Positions 1-11,702 of a stretch of 64,000 nucleotides of DNA are shown here, piece after piece. The stretch lies in the NCBI RefSeq assembly GCF_000143415.4, contig NW_003314281.1, forward strand, positions 608,833-672,832. The letters are read 5' to 3'. Origin of the DNA: Selaginella moellendorffii (lineage: Eukaryota; Plantae; Lycopodiophyta). Both the position numbers and the translations under genes were made by a program. Numbering within the stretch: the stretch's first letter is position 1; every line of letters begins with the position of its first letter. Below the pieces are notes generated by a model. The model saw nothing but the letters and a program-made list of their open reading frames with translations. It did not search any database and was not told the origin of the DNA.

Positions 1-536
1 TCCCGTTGCTGCTGTGCTCGGCCTGCGCGCCATCGGATTTGGCAAGAACAAGAAAACCCTAACGTCACCGAGAGCCTCCAAGCAAGCCGCCATACCTGTG
101 GATTACGCTGCGAAGCCGCCGCCCTAGCCGCTGGGATCTTCCTCACCGTGCCCTGTTTCCTCCCGCCACTCCGGACACCGCTGCTACTGCGATGCATGGA
201 TTGATCCAGCGTAGCATCTGTAGCGGTAGAATCCCGGCAGTGCCTTGCCCTCCTCCTCCACTCTCCCCTGTGTGACAGTGTTCTTCCCACCTTGCCCTAA
301 ACCCGCTTAACCACGTCAGTTTAATTAGCTTAACTGTCCAGCCTTTAAACTTTTAAGCCGCAGTTTTTAACCTGCGCTGGAAAGGGTTCGAAACGGCGAC
401 CATTTGCTGGTCTCGAATTTGCGAGGCAATTAGGGTTTATGGCAGCGCCAAGGATCTACGCGCTTGCAAGGCGCTCCACGCGCGGCTGGAGCGCCTCCTC
501 GGGGATAGCTACCGCGGCAATCGCGTTCTCCACACG

Positions 537-2480
537 ATGCTCGTCCAGATGTATGGCAAATGCGGCAGCATCGCCGACGCTAGGGCCGTGTTCGATGGGA
601 TCCAGCAGCAGGCGCTTACGCCGTCGTGGAATGTGATGATCGCAGCATACGCCCAGAATGGGGATTTTCTCGAGGCGCGCCGGCTCTTCGATCGCGCGCC
701 GCGCAGGGATGTCTTCACCTGGACGACGCTGATGCACGGCGCCGCGCAGCACGAAGGGATCGCTAGCGCCAGGGGGATCTTTCGCCTCATGCCCGGGAGA
801 ACGGCCGTGTCATGGAATTCCATGATTGCTGCAAATGCCGTGAATGGGGATCTTTCCGAGGCGGCTGCGTGCTTCAAGAACTCGCCCGAGCGATCGCTCT
901 CGTCCTGGAATTCCATCTTCCAGGCCTATCTCCACAGCGGCGAGCTGGATCGAGCAAAGCCCACATTCGATCGATCGCCCGGGCACGATTGCCTCTCGTG
1001 GAACGCGCTCCTGGCAGGGCTTATACGGCAAGGCCACACTGCCGAGGCGCGGAACGTGTACGGCGCCATGCCCGAGACGAACGTGGTGTCCTGTGCGGCG
1101 ATCATCCAAGGCTACTCCCAAGACGGAGCTCCCGAGCTCGCGAAGAGAGTGTTCGATGAGTTCTCTGGGCGAGACGTGGTGCTGTGGACTTCGATGTTCT
1201 TGGCGTATGCCGAGAATGGGTATTTGGAAGTGGCCAGAGCGATGTATGACCGGATTCCTCTCTGGGACGTGATCTCTTCGACTGCCATGGTTGGGATCTT
1301 TGCTCACGGTGGCCAGCTCGAGGAGGCAAAGCTTGTCTTTGATCAGATGCCTCGGCATAGCGTGGTATCGTGGAACTCGATGATGGCCGCATATGCCCAG
1401 AAGGGTCATACTGAAAAGGCAGTGGAGATCTTCCATGCCATGCCCGTGCGTGATGTTTCGTCTTACAATGGGCTCATTGCGGCGTATGCGCAGAACAGAG
1501 ACGTCGAGAACGTCCAGGCGGTGTTTGACAAGATGGTGACACGGGATATTGTTTCGTGGGATGCGCTTCTGGGAGCTTTTATGCAGGACAAGGAGCTGGA
1601 GAAAGCAAGCTCTACGTTCAAGCTCTTGCCGAAACGAAGTGTTTCCTCGTGGAACGCTGTTTTCATGGCTTTCGCGCAGAATGGGACGCTGGAAGAGGCT
1701 AGAAGTCTCTTCATTTTGATGCCGCAGAAGGATGTAGTGACTTGGAACGCGATGATCACTGCGAGCTCGCATCACGGGGAGCTCTCGGAGGCGGAGCTCT
1801 TGTTCCGGAGGTGTCCCGAGAGAGATTCGGTCACTTGGAGCTCGATGATAGCGGCATTTTCACAGAACAAGTTTCTCGACAAGGCGGTCGAGGCTTACGA
1901 AGCCATGCCAGAGAAGACGGTCCACGCTTGCAACTCGATGCTGGGGGCCTTCATGCAGCACGGGAAGCTGCAAGAAACCAAGGACGCATTCGACCGCTTG
2001 CCAGTGCGAGACGTTATCTCGTGGAACTCCGTGATCGCAATGCACGTCCAAAAGGGCGATTGCGCTCAGCAGGCTTTCGAGCTCTTCCACACCATGCACT
2101 TGGATGGATGCTTGCCGGACGCCATCACTTTCGTCATAGTTCTCAGCCTGTGCAACCATTACGGCCTGCTCGACCAGGCTTGCTGCTACTTCGTGTCACG
2201 AAGTAGTGATTTTGGCGTCGTGGCGGTTCGAGAGCACTACTGCTGCCTGGCCGATACGCTCGGGCGAGCCGGGCGGCTTGGCGACGCCGAGGAGCTCGTC
2301 AAAATCATGCCTTTCGTGCCAAACTCGGTGGCTTGGGGGACTTTGCTGGGAGCTTGCAGGCTTCACCTTGATCCAAGTCGAGGCACACGGATGGCGGAGA
2401 ATGCGTTTGAGTTTACTGACCGGAGCAAAACCTCGTCGCCGTTTATGGTGCTGGCCAACATGTACTTTGCAGCTCCGTGA
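537..2480 (+). CDS. PLS-class pentatricopeptide repeat protein with E domain (long run of S-type motifs, no DYW); probable organellar RNA-editing factor
   Basis: Intronless 647-aa ORF of ~31-aa repeats (..VVSWNSM..AYAQ.G....A..F..MP.R); C-terminal HYCCLADTLGRAGRL..AEE....MPF.P..VAWGTLLGAC..H is a typical E domain. The frame stays open and PPR-like upstream to 357. Confidence 0.93.
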   Translation: MLVQMYGKCGSIADARAVFDGIQQQALTPSWNVMIAAYAQNGDFLEARRLFDRAPRRDVFTWTTLMHGAAQHEGIASARGIFRLMPGRTAVSWNSMIAANAVNGDLSEAAACFKNSPERSLSSWNSIFQAYLHSGELDRAKPTFDRSPGHDCLSWNALLAGLIRQGHTAEARNVYGAMPETNVVSCAAIIQGYSQDGAPELAKRVFDEFSGRDVVLWTSMFLAYAENGYLEVARAMYDRIPLWDVISSTAMVGIFAHGGQLEEAKLVFDQMPRHSVVSWNSMMAAYAQKGHTEKAVEIFHAMPVRDVSSYNGLIAAYAQNRDVENVQAVFDKMVTRDIVSWDALLGAFMQDKELEKASSTFKLLPKRSVSSWNAVFMAFAQNGTLEEARSLFILMPQKDVVTWNAMITASSHHGELSEAELLFRRCPERDSVTWSSMIAAFSQNKFLDKAVEAYEAMPEKTVHACNSMLGAFMQHGKLQETKDAFDRLPVRDVISWNSVIAMHVQKGDCAQQAFELFHTMHLDGCLPDAITFVIVLSLCNHYGLLDQACCYFVSRSSDFGVVAVREHYCCLADTLGRAGRLGDAEELVKIMPFVPNSVAWGTLLGACRLHLDPSRGTRMAENAFEFTDRSKTSSPFMVLANMYFAAP

Positions 2481-5400
2481 GATCTTTTTGCTCTCGCTGA
2501 TACGTTTTTGTTTTTCTTCTTCGTTACTGCCAGGTGGATGGGCTTGGACATACCAAAACAGGTTGATACACTTTTAAAGATTTTTTTGTTTTTTTGTTTT
2601 TGGCAATTTTCTGACTTCCATGGTTTCTTCCAGGTCCGTTCAATCCAAACGCATGGGTCCGTCTCTCCGTCGGTGAGGTATGTTTGTCCGGTTAAAACTC
2701 AGGCTGGTTAAACTTGACTTTAGTGGCAGTCTGTTTTGTTTTGGACAGCTTCTCTGCAACTTGGAGGGATTGACGAACTCGGCCTCTTAATGCAAAGTGA
2801 GCTTCTGTCTAGAACCTTCTCGACACCTCGCGGATCACAAGCATGGCTTTTTTGGCAGGAGGGGAGGATAAAACCTCTGGGATCTTTGCTTCCAGGCCTG
2901 GGACACGGTCCAAGCCGCGGCTCTTGGCTAAAAGGGTGAGCCATCCAGCTCTAAATTGCTGGAGCTGCGTTGGGACAAGAGACCAGCGTTTAAGAGCACC
3001 ATGACTGTGAGCGGCATGCGAGAAGGATCTTCTTCCTGCGTTTTTAGAGCACTGGCGGTACAGGACAATGGAGCATGCGAATTTGCGGTGGCAGCCGCAT
3101 ATTCCAGCTCTTTTGTGTGGCCTACACTGCGCCAACCACGCCTTCCATCGTCACGTAAGTATAGAACTCGAGAGAGAGGGAGAGGTTTTTATGTTTTTTC
3201 TCGTCTTCTTCTTCTTCTTCTTCTTCTTCCATTTGCTGTGTCAGCTCTTTTCCTTGCCTGACGTGCGCGGACTTTGATATTGTGTTCTCGCAGATACCAC
3301 CACTCGAGCAATCGCCGGAAATTTTCTAGTTTTCTCCTCTCAGCGGCGGTGAAAGAGGTATTGTTTAGTTCTTCTCGGATGATAGCCTTTGTTTGCACTT
3401 CTTTCGTTCTATCGACTGTAGCAATCTCAGGTCCTTTGGAAGATCGTGGGAATCTCCCCTTCGTCCCCGGCCGAGTGAGAAGCGAAAAAAAGTACAGGGG
3501 AATGAAGTATAGACGTGCGCACGCACACGTTTGCGAGCACACGCCGATGAGACGTCCACGTGGCGGGCTCGGCCGGCATTCCCGCTCAGTGTCTCGCGGC
3601 CACCAAACATGCCGTGTCCGTACGTAGGTCGTGACGTCAGCGTTGCGCAAACTCGTGAAGCTTACCTTTCCGTGCATGTGTGCACGTATTTGCTTCGTGG
3701 GGATTGGAAATTTTTTGTAGAGCTCATGAACGCAATCTTCTATAAAAATTTGATCTTCCAGTTCCTTCCAAGAACGATATTTTGGGCAAAAAATAGTTGG
3801 AGATTGGCTCTATCTGATCCGAGCAACTTGTTGTTCTGTGGCTTACATGGCAGATTCATTGCGCCCGGAATCGAAAGTACACGTACAAACAACACTTTGA
3901 AAACCCAAATCCCCCATGCGGGCATTGTTTGTTTTCCAGGAGATCCATCTTGCAACATGTGCCATCTGCTAAATCCTCGCTAAGCTCCCCCAAATGGACA
4001 TGATTATCATGCGATCAATCTCAGTGTGATACCAGGGATCAATTTGCAACTTGCCAAAGCCTGCTTTGTAGAAAAATGTAGCTTCTCACCTCTGCTGTGC
4101 AGATTCTAGGCAAGGATGCAATTACGCACCACATGCAACATTGCAACAAGCTCGCCACCTTTCACCCATGCCTTATCCATGGCTTTGACATTGGGGCATC
4201 TCCTTCCACCGAGCTGTTTAGTAAAGTGAATTTCGCGGAGTCGATGATGTTGATGCTAAGTGGCAAACAGCTTGAATGGTTTCATATTCTATGCCATTTG
4301 CATTGATGGCCATGAAGAAATTACGAAGGGGTGGACTTGTTAGCAGCGAGACAACATTGTCTGTACTGTAAACACGTAGAGCTCCGAGTAAACAAGACAT
4401 TGCAATTAATGAGCAGTGACCTTCTTGCGCGAAACAAGCAGCGGGCACACAAGTTTTCATCTTATAATCTTCCCTCTCGTTGAATCGGAAGACCCTTCGG
4501 CATCCATAAACAAGAAGACAGCAACGTTGTTTGCTTTCGAAGAGAGATCTGATCATAACAAGGCTCTAAGCAACTCATGAATGATCGCTCTTCTTGGGGG
4601 ATGTTTCTTCGAGGTCTCGAATTCAAACACTCTCGAAAACCGGAGAGCTGCTTCTGTGTGTAAGTGTGTATGATTTACCAATCACTCCAAGTTCACCATT
4701 GTCTCCCATTGGGTTTAGTGCTGTAATTACTACTACTGCAGCAAGTTTGGATTTATAAAATGCATGGTAAGTTGACTGGCACAGTCTTGCCGGTTTGGAC
4801 AAATGTTGGGTAAAAATCAGAGAAGCTGATTAGTATTTGTTTTGATATCATATCTGGATTAAAATTAGAAGAAGAATGCTTCATGGTGCACACTCAAAGA
4901 GACCACGAAGAAAATTCGCGCGTGATCTCCCTGCCTAGCTGTCCATCTGGATCTCTTGCGCTTCCACCGCAGTGATCCTTGCTCCAAAATTCCCTCTTTT
5001 CTAGTTTAGAGGGACTTTGTGTCACCACGATGGAAATGGAATGTCGATGAATTCAAAGAGTAAACAATTCAAAGTTTGGAGCTGCTAACATGTTGAGCAT
5101 GTCTTTACATAGTCTTAAACATCTTTAACCATGAGTGCATGCACTTTGCTCTTAATTCACTAAGCAAATGTCGGTTGTCCACATGATCCCACATTTACAA
5201 AAGAATATACATAAGATGGAAGTTATTTGGTGGGTAGGAGACATCACACAATGGATTCAACTCCCAGAGATTTATAACACGAGAATTCTTCTCGTCAAAC
5301 ATATGGATCTCAAAAACAATGACACCCAAGAAGCAGTTTTGAGGGTAAATTTACCATAAGAAAAACTTAAAAGGGTGAGAGAAGAAAAAAAACAGGGTGG

Positions 5401-5934
5401 GCATTTTGTCAAAGTGTGTCCAGATTTAAGGGCGCGTTAGGGCTGCAGACTGCAACTCCTTGCACGCGTTTCACTTGTGTGCCCCCACAAAGCAGGAGAA
5501 TTTATTTTCCCAGCCAGCGAGTTTAAGTGTTCTTGCTTGTCATCGCGAAGGCAATGCCGGCTTCCTTCCTGTGTGCTTTGATTGAGTGATTTCTGGAACA
5601 GCACTGACATTGGCTCCTTTTCTCTCTTCGCTCTGGATTCACTGCGCTGTGCGCTACGTATGTTATAAGCTGCTGATCTTGCTCCAGAGTAGTGGTGTGT
5701 CTAAACTCTAGGACCAGCAATTTGCCACTTGGGCTGCTTTGAGATTCTTCTCCTTTCTCCAGCAAGAACTTGATAGATTGCGTGATCTTTACCAGTGCAT
5801 GCAAGAAACTTTGCTGCCGTTCGAGATTTGATTTATCTCAATTGCTCTTGCTTGGGATTTCTGGTATTTGCAGGCTAAAGTATTGGAAGTTCTTCTTTTT
5901 TTTGGGTTCTTTTCTTTGTCTCTGATCGATCATC

Positions 5935-7427
5935 ATGGCCACGGCCGCAGCATCGTGGGTGGTCGAGCATTGCACCCAAGCAGCATTTGAGGACGAGCAC
6001 AAGACGAGAATTTGCAAAGTTCCTGATCCGAGCTGCAGCTGCTCCACCAGCCGAGAGGGCAGCCTTGACTCGGAGATTTGCTTCTCTTCACCACCGCCAC
6101 AACACCAGGATGTGGTCGGAGGGTCAAGCAACCATTTCCTGGATTTCGGGATCGATCATCACCAGCAGCATCATCCACACCTCATCAACCTTCTCTCGGA
6201 CCACGAGTGGATCAACTTCTTGAGATGGAGGTCGTGGCAAATCGAGAGCAGCAGCAGCAACAGCGCCGCCGCCATGCCAGTTGAATTTCCTCCCAGTGCC
6301 ACCGACTTTTCCCAGCTCGAGCTCTTCCCTTCGAATCTGGAACCAGGCCTCTCGCTCCCTCTCACGAGCTTCTCATCTCATCATAGTCACCAGTCGAGCA
6401 CGGTGCTCGAACAGTTCCCTCAATGCTTGGAGATTCCAAGTGCGGCTACACCACTCTCGTCGTGTCCCACTCTCTACGACGAGGCTGGTTACCAGGACCC
6501 TTTCCTCGCAGCCTTCTCCAGCTCCACACTACACCACGCCGTCGATCCGAACAGGAGAATCGACAATGTGGATACCAATCACGCGCTCGTGGCAAGCAAT
6601 CATCCCGGAATCATGACTCCTTGTTCCACGGATCAAGGAGACAAAGGAATAATCAGTGGCAAGAAAGCCAAGCCCAGCTCCAGCAGCACAAGTGTTTCCA
6701 ACGAGAGCGTCAACAGATCTTCCGTGGTGGACGGCCCCCGGAATCCGAGAAAGAGGAGAGCTCTGGAGGATCGTCAAGACGCGGCATCCAGCAAGCAGCA
6801 AAAGAAGATTGGATCGTCGTCTTCGTCGCCAGCGTGGGCGATTGATGCAGCGGTGGCGTTGGGCTCACAAGAGCCTATCATTCACATCAGCCACGGAGGA
6901 AGAACTACTCCCCACGATCATGAGCTCATCTTGCAGCAAATCGCCGCGGCGTCGAGTAGCAGCGGGAAAGCACCACGGGTTCCAGCGCTCAACACCAATT
7001 TCAAGCCTCGAGCCAGGCAGGGAAGCGCCAATGATCCCCAGAGCATCGCTGCTAGAGTAAGTTCACACACACACGCTCACACAAGCTTGATATCCAAGGC
7101 TTTTGCTGCGCAGCATCGCCGGGAGAGGATCAGTGACAGGCTCAAGATCTTGCAAGAGCTCGTTCCAAACAGCACAAAGGTGTGGATCTTCAAAAGATTT
7201 TTTAAGATTCTAAGAGTATCTTTTCGTTCTTCTCAGGTTGATCTAGTGACGATGCTGGAGAAGGCCATCAATTACGTCAAGTTCCTCCAGCTGCAAGTTA
7301 AGGTCGGTGCTAGTTGACTTTTTCTGGTCTACAATGCTTGACTCTTTTCCAGGTGCTTACGTCGGACGACTACTGGCCAAGTGGCGCCACGTGGCAGAAC
7401 AGCAGTAAGGCTGACACAGCCCTATAA
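5935..7427 (+). CDS. RSL1: Class I RSL (RHD6/RSL1-like) bHLH transcription factor; exons 5935-7056, 7114-7179, 7237-7302, 7353-7427
   Basis: Spliced product [77 protein letters not shown] matches the class I RSL bHLH plus RSL domain; three GT-AG introns. Confidence 0.9.
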
Positions 7428-7754
7428 CAACGTCTTTGGATGGTCCTCCTTCAAACGAAATAGTTTGTGGGGCATACCATTATCTTTCTTAGTTGAAATC
7501 CGAAGGATAAGAGAATTTTTCTCCATTAATCGATCCATGACTCACACTCTTTTTCATATTGTAAATCCTTAATGTTGTGCTTTGAAGAACGCAACATGGT
7601 ACCTAGTGGTAAATTTTACCATGTAATGATCCTCTGAATCAAAGGTTTTCCATCCTCCAGGACGAGCTCAATGGCATCCATGAAACATCATCTCGAGCAA
7701 TGTTCCGGCCGTCACGTGTCCTCTACCGGGAGAAAACAAAAAAAGAAACCTGTG

Positions 7755-9867
7755 CTACCGCATCGACTGCTGGAGCTGGATCACCTGCTGTAACTGGACA
7801 ACCTGTTGGCGTTGATCCGGCGGGAGAGAGTTGATCTGCTCCGGTGTTAGATTCATAACCTGTTGAAGGAGGTGCTGTTGCTCCACCTCCAGTGGAAGAG
7901 GCTGTGAGAAAAGAGAGATTTTGGTAAGTTTTTCTTGTAGGAGAAGAGAAAACATCGATCTTACCTGCGGTGGCCCTTGCATTTGCATCTGTCCGTAAAC
8001 TGGACCTCCTTCCATGCCAAACGGAGGCTGCTGGAAGTTCATGCCAGGGCCCCGTCCTTGCGCGGACCCCATGCCAATGTTCATGCTTGGATGCTGGAAA
8101 AACACAACACAAAAAACGTTTTTTCTTTCTGTTTTTGCCAGATTACGAAGAGAAACAAGTACCTGAAAAGAATGTTGTGGAGGGGGTTGAAGTGGTAAAG
8201 GCGGCTGGCCTTGAGACTGGAAAGGCATGCCCATGCTAAATTGAGGCTGATGCTGGAAACAGCAGACGAACGATCAATATTCCACCAAAAAAAAGAACAC
8301 GACTTTCTGGAGGAAGAACATTTACCCCGAATGGTGGACCTTGGAAGTTCATAGATTGAGCTGGAGCAATTGGTGGCATTGGAGGAGGTCTGGGCTGCTG
8401 CGGCAAAGGTGGCTGCTGAGGAATCCCACCCGGTTGCTGCGAGTACGCCGGAGGAATAAATGTGGACGGCGGAGCAGAGGCCGGAGGAAGCGGCGGCTGC
8501 CTCGACTGCGGCAGTCGGACCATTCCCAGCATTATTTGGGCCTGCAACACACAGCTGAATGTCAGCTCACGACTCGAAAGGTCTCAAAAAGGAAAGAAGG
8601 AAAGGGCCTCTTTAAACAAAACCTGGAAGAGAGCTTTTGTCAATGAAGGATGAGTTATTAGTAGCTGGCGAGCCTGCTGCTGGTCATGTTGAATGAGTTG
8701 CTATAACACAAAAGCCGCCAGGATTTTCACTTCGTCAAGCAATACTACGCGGAAACAGCGTACCTTTAATTGAACCATGGTCTCGTAAAGTTGCTGCTTG
8801 GACATGGTTGCGAGATGGCTGGTGAGAGCATCGTTCCCAGGGAGGTTACCACCGTTTTGACCACCTTGAGTGGCCATCAATGGGATCTGGGAGCCCAGTG
8901 CTCCAGCCATAACACCGGCAGCAGCAGCAGCGGCCGAGAATCCTATAGCATCACCTGCGCGAAACGAATCAGAACAAAAAAAAGACGCGTTTTTATTATC
9001 ATAAGATCTTTTACCAGGATTGTTTGCCGAGCCACCCCTTCCCTGTAAGCAAAAACATGGTTTTTAACTCAGAGAGACGAAGGGAAAAGTTCCTTACTTG
9101 GTCCCTGTTTCTATCGCCGCCGCCGCCGCCACCACCACCGCCACCGCCGCTGCCTTTCTCGTTCTCGGCGAAATCGACGCGGAGCTGGCGGCCGTTTAGA
9201 TCATAGCCGGAGAGGTTGCGTCGAGCGCTTAGCGCGGTCTCCTCGTCCCTAAACTCACAAAAGCCATAGCCCTTTGGCTTGCCAGTTTCCCTGTCGGTTA
9301 CCAATCTGGAGAGAAAAAAGAACTTCCAATCAGTTCCCAGCTCAAAGACGCGCAAAGTCATAGATCCTAAGCTTCACTAGAGAGCTGCAAGCTTTCTTCT
9401 TGGGCTCAATCAAAGAGAAGAAAGAAAAACACAAGTGTGGTCTTTGAATCCATAGGCAACACTGTACACACGCTCTAGATAAGACACTAGAGACACAAGG
9501 AACCAAGAGCGAAGGAAGAACGCGAAGGATGCGAAGAACAAGACACCGCAAGAATAGACCAATAAGTCATATTGAAACGAAGTAGTGTCGCGTATACAGC
9601 GGTAGGATCTCCAACAAAAAAGAGGATGAAAAACCACTGTGTGTAGTTCTGACGCACCGAAAGGAAACCACTGGGCCGACCTCCTCGCAGATTTGAATGA
9701 GCTGCTCCTCTGTCGCGTCGTAAGGGATATTGCCGACTGCCACACCACAAAAACCCCCAATCAGGGCGCTGCTCGCGGCGAAATGGGAGAATGGAGGAGT
9801 GAAAGAATCGACGGCCGCCGCGGGCGCACTACTCACCAAAGACGCACCGATGCTGCGAGCTACCCAT
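7755..9867 (-). CDS. CSTF64: Cleavage stimulation factor 64 kDa subunit (RRM, hinge, C-terminal domain), multi-exon
   Basis: [56 protein letters not shown]; hinge [17 protein letters not shown]; C-terminal [24 protein letters not shown]. Confidence 0.93.
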
Positions 9868-9977
9868 TGCTACGCAGGCAATCCAAGAGCATCGCTCCTC
9901 CCGCGATGGCGCTGCCGCTGCCGCTGGGCCGCCACAAACCCTAGAATCCCTGCCCTAGAAAATGGTTCTTCGTCAAA

Positions 9978-11603
9978 CTAACCGAGGTGGGTTTTAACTA
10001 ACGGAGCCGCCGGCGGTGGCGGTTGGTACGGTAAAGTCCGGGCGCCGGGGAAGTACGGAAGGTCGTCCAAGAACGCGTTGGAGACGAGGACGTAGGGCGA
10101 CGACTTGGCGGTGTTGAGCTCCAGCGCTGTTCTGGCGACAGTCCCGGATTTTTCTATGGTTCCTGGATTGCGGCTGCTCTTGCAAGCGCTCAGCAGTGCC
10201 ATCCATGGCACGGGCAATCGGGCAAAGGAGCTGCTGAGAACGATCCTCTCGGCCTGCTCGATCAGCCCAGCTCGCCCAAACAGATCCACGGTGCAAACGA
10301 GATGGTCTATGCCCCACACCAATCCGTAATCGTGGTGCATTGAGATGAAGAAACTCCAGCCTCGTTTCACATCGCCCGAGTGGCCGAGAGCGCTTAGAAG
10401 GGCCAGGAAGGTCACCTCGTTTGGAAGGACTCCATCCATGGCCATCTTGTGGAAGCTTGTCACAGCGGACGAGAGATCTCCGGCCTGGACGTGAGCTGCG
10501 ACGAGAGAGCTCCACGAGACAACGGTCCGGGATTGCATCCGATGGAGAGTTTTTTCCGCCTCAGCAGAGCAGCCGCAGCTCCCATACATGTGGATGATCG
10601 AGTTTCCAACTTCGAGGTGGTGTTGCGAGTGATCTTCCGCTCCGGGGGCCTCGAGCAAGAAAGAGTGAACGAGTCGGCCTTGCCTAAGAGCGGAGATTCG
10701 AGCGCAAGCATCGAAAACACTGATGAAAGTGCACGCGTTTGGATGGATTCCTTGTTGGTCCATCATGGCAAGCATGATCAAAGCACCAGCTCCGGCGGAT
10801 TCGCTCTGTGCGTAGCCACCGATCATCGTGTTCCAAGTCACGGTGTTTCGATCGAGATCCATGGCGTCAAACGTATTCTTGGCTTCCTGGAGACGACCGT
10901 TTCGAGCGTACGCTGAAATCATGCTGTTCCACGAGATCACATCCCGGTGGCTCTTGCAAATGGAGGCAAAAGTCTTCCTCGCCTCGGAAACTCTCGAGTG
11001 TTTCCCGTACATGTTGATGAGCGCGTTCATCACTCCAACGCTTGCCTCCCCCTCGCAGCTTAGAACAACAGCGTGGACGAACCGGCCGTGAGAAATCTCC
11101 TCCATTGAAGTGCAAGCCTCGATCGCTGCCATGAAAGTCACACTGTTGGGCCTTACACCTTCCAGATTCATCGTCCAAAACAGTACCAACGATTCTATCG
11201 GTCGTCCAGACCGAGAAAACGCTCCAATGAGCGAATTCCACGACACTGTGCTCTTCTGAGGCATTTCCTCAAAGACCATCCTCGCTTCCCGCAGATGCCC
11301 TGCACGGGCATACCCCGCAATCATCAAGTTTCCCGAGAAAACATTCTTCCTGGCAATCGCATCAAACACGGAGCATGCATCGCGGATCCTTCCGCACTCG
11401 GTATACATATGGAGGAGAAGATTTGCAAGAAAGGTGTCGCTTTCAAGCCCCGCTCGCTGGAGTGACGAATGGATGAGCTTACCCAGGCGGAGAGATCGCG
11501 AGGAGCAGCATTGGCGGAGGAGAGATGAGTATAGCGGCGATGCGTCTTGTATACCGCACCTCTCAGCCCATCGCAGCGCGATCATAGCCTCCTTTTCATC
11601 CAT
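9978..11603 (-). CDS. PLS-class PPR protein with E domain
   Basis: Intronless; ATG at 11603 (MDEKEAM..); P/L/S repeats and an E-like tail (HLVCTVDLFGRAGLIEQAE..W.ALLSAC..SSPYVLVSN). Confidence 0.9.
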   Translation of the reverse strand: MDEKEAMIALRWAERCGIQDASPLYSSLLRQCCSSRSLRLGKLIHSSLQRAGLESDTFLANLLLHMYTECGRIRDACSVFDAIARKNVFSGNLMIAGYARAGHLREARMVFEEMPQKSTVSWNSLIGAFSRSGRPIESLVLFWTMNLEGVRPNSVTFMAAIEACTSMEEISHGRFVHAVVLSCEGEASVGVMNALINMYGKHSRVSEARKTFASICKSHRDVISWNSMISAYARNGRLQEAKNTFDAMDLDRNTVTWNTMIGGYAQSESAGAGALIMLAMMDQQGIHPNACTFISVFDACARISALRQGRLVHSFLLEAPGAEDHSQHHLEVGNSIIHMYGSCGCSAEAEKTLHRMQSRTVVSWSSLVAAHVQAGDLSSAVTSFHKMAMDGVLPNEVTFLALLSALGHSGDVKRGWSFFISMHHDYGLVWGIDHLVCTVDLFGRAGLIEQAERIVLSSSFARLPVPWMALLSACKSSRNPGTIEKSGTVARTALELNTAKSSPYVLVSNAFLDDLPYFPGARTLPYQPPPPAAPLVKTHLG

Positions 11604-11635
11604 ATTGGACAGATCAAAAAGATAAAAAAAGCGTA

Positions 11636-11702
11636 TGGGGATGCCAGGAATTGAACCCGGGATTCTTTTTGTCACACTAGAGAAGATTACCACTACATCC
11701 CC
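11636..11702 (-). pseudogene. tRNA-like element (degenerate tRNA or tRNA-derived SINE head) lacking a normal D and anticodon arm
   Basis: Minus strand GGGGATG...CATCCCCA perfect 7-bp acceptor stem, T-arm CCGGG-TTCAATT-CCTGG (B box), TAGTGGTA A-box remnant, T6 terminator 5 nt downstream, CAA and AT-rich tract upstream. Confidence 0.65.

Noticed and set aside
95-197. Possible first exon of a minus-strand gene leaving the window (MHRSSSGV..NPQ then GT donor)
   Set aside because: Too short to identify; the rest lies outside the window.
3068-3153. LCGLHCANH resembling a Josephin catalytic motif
   Set aside because: Only a few residues match and the rest of the domain is absent.
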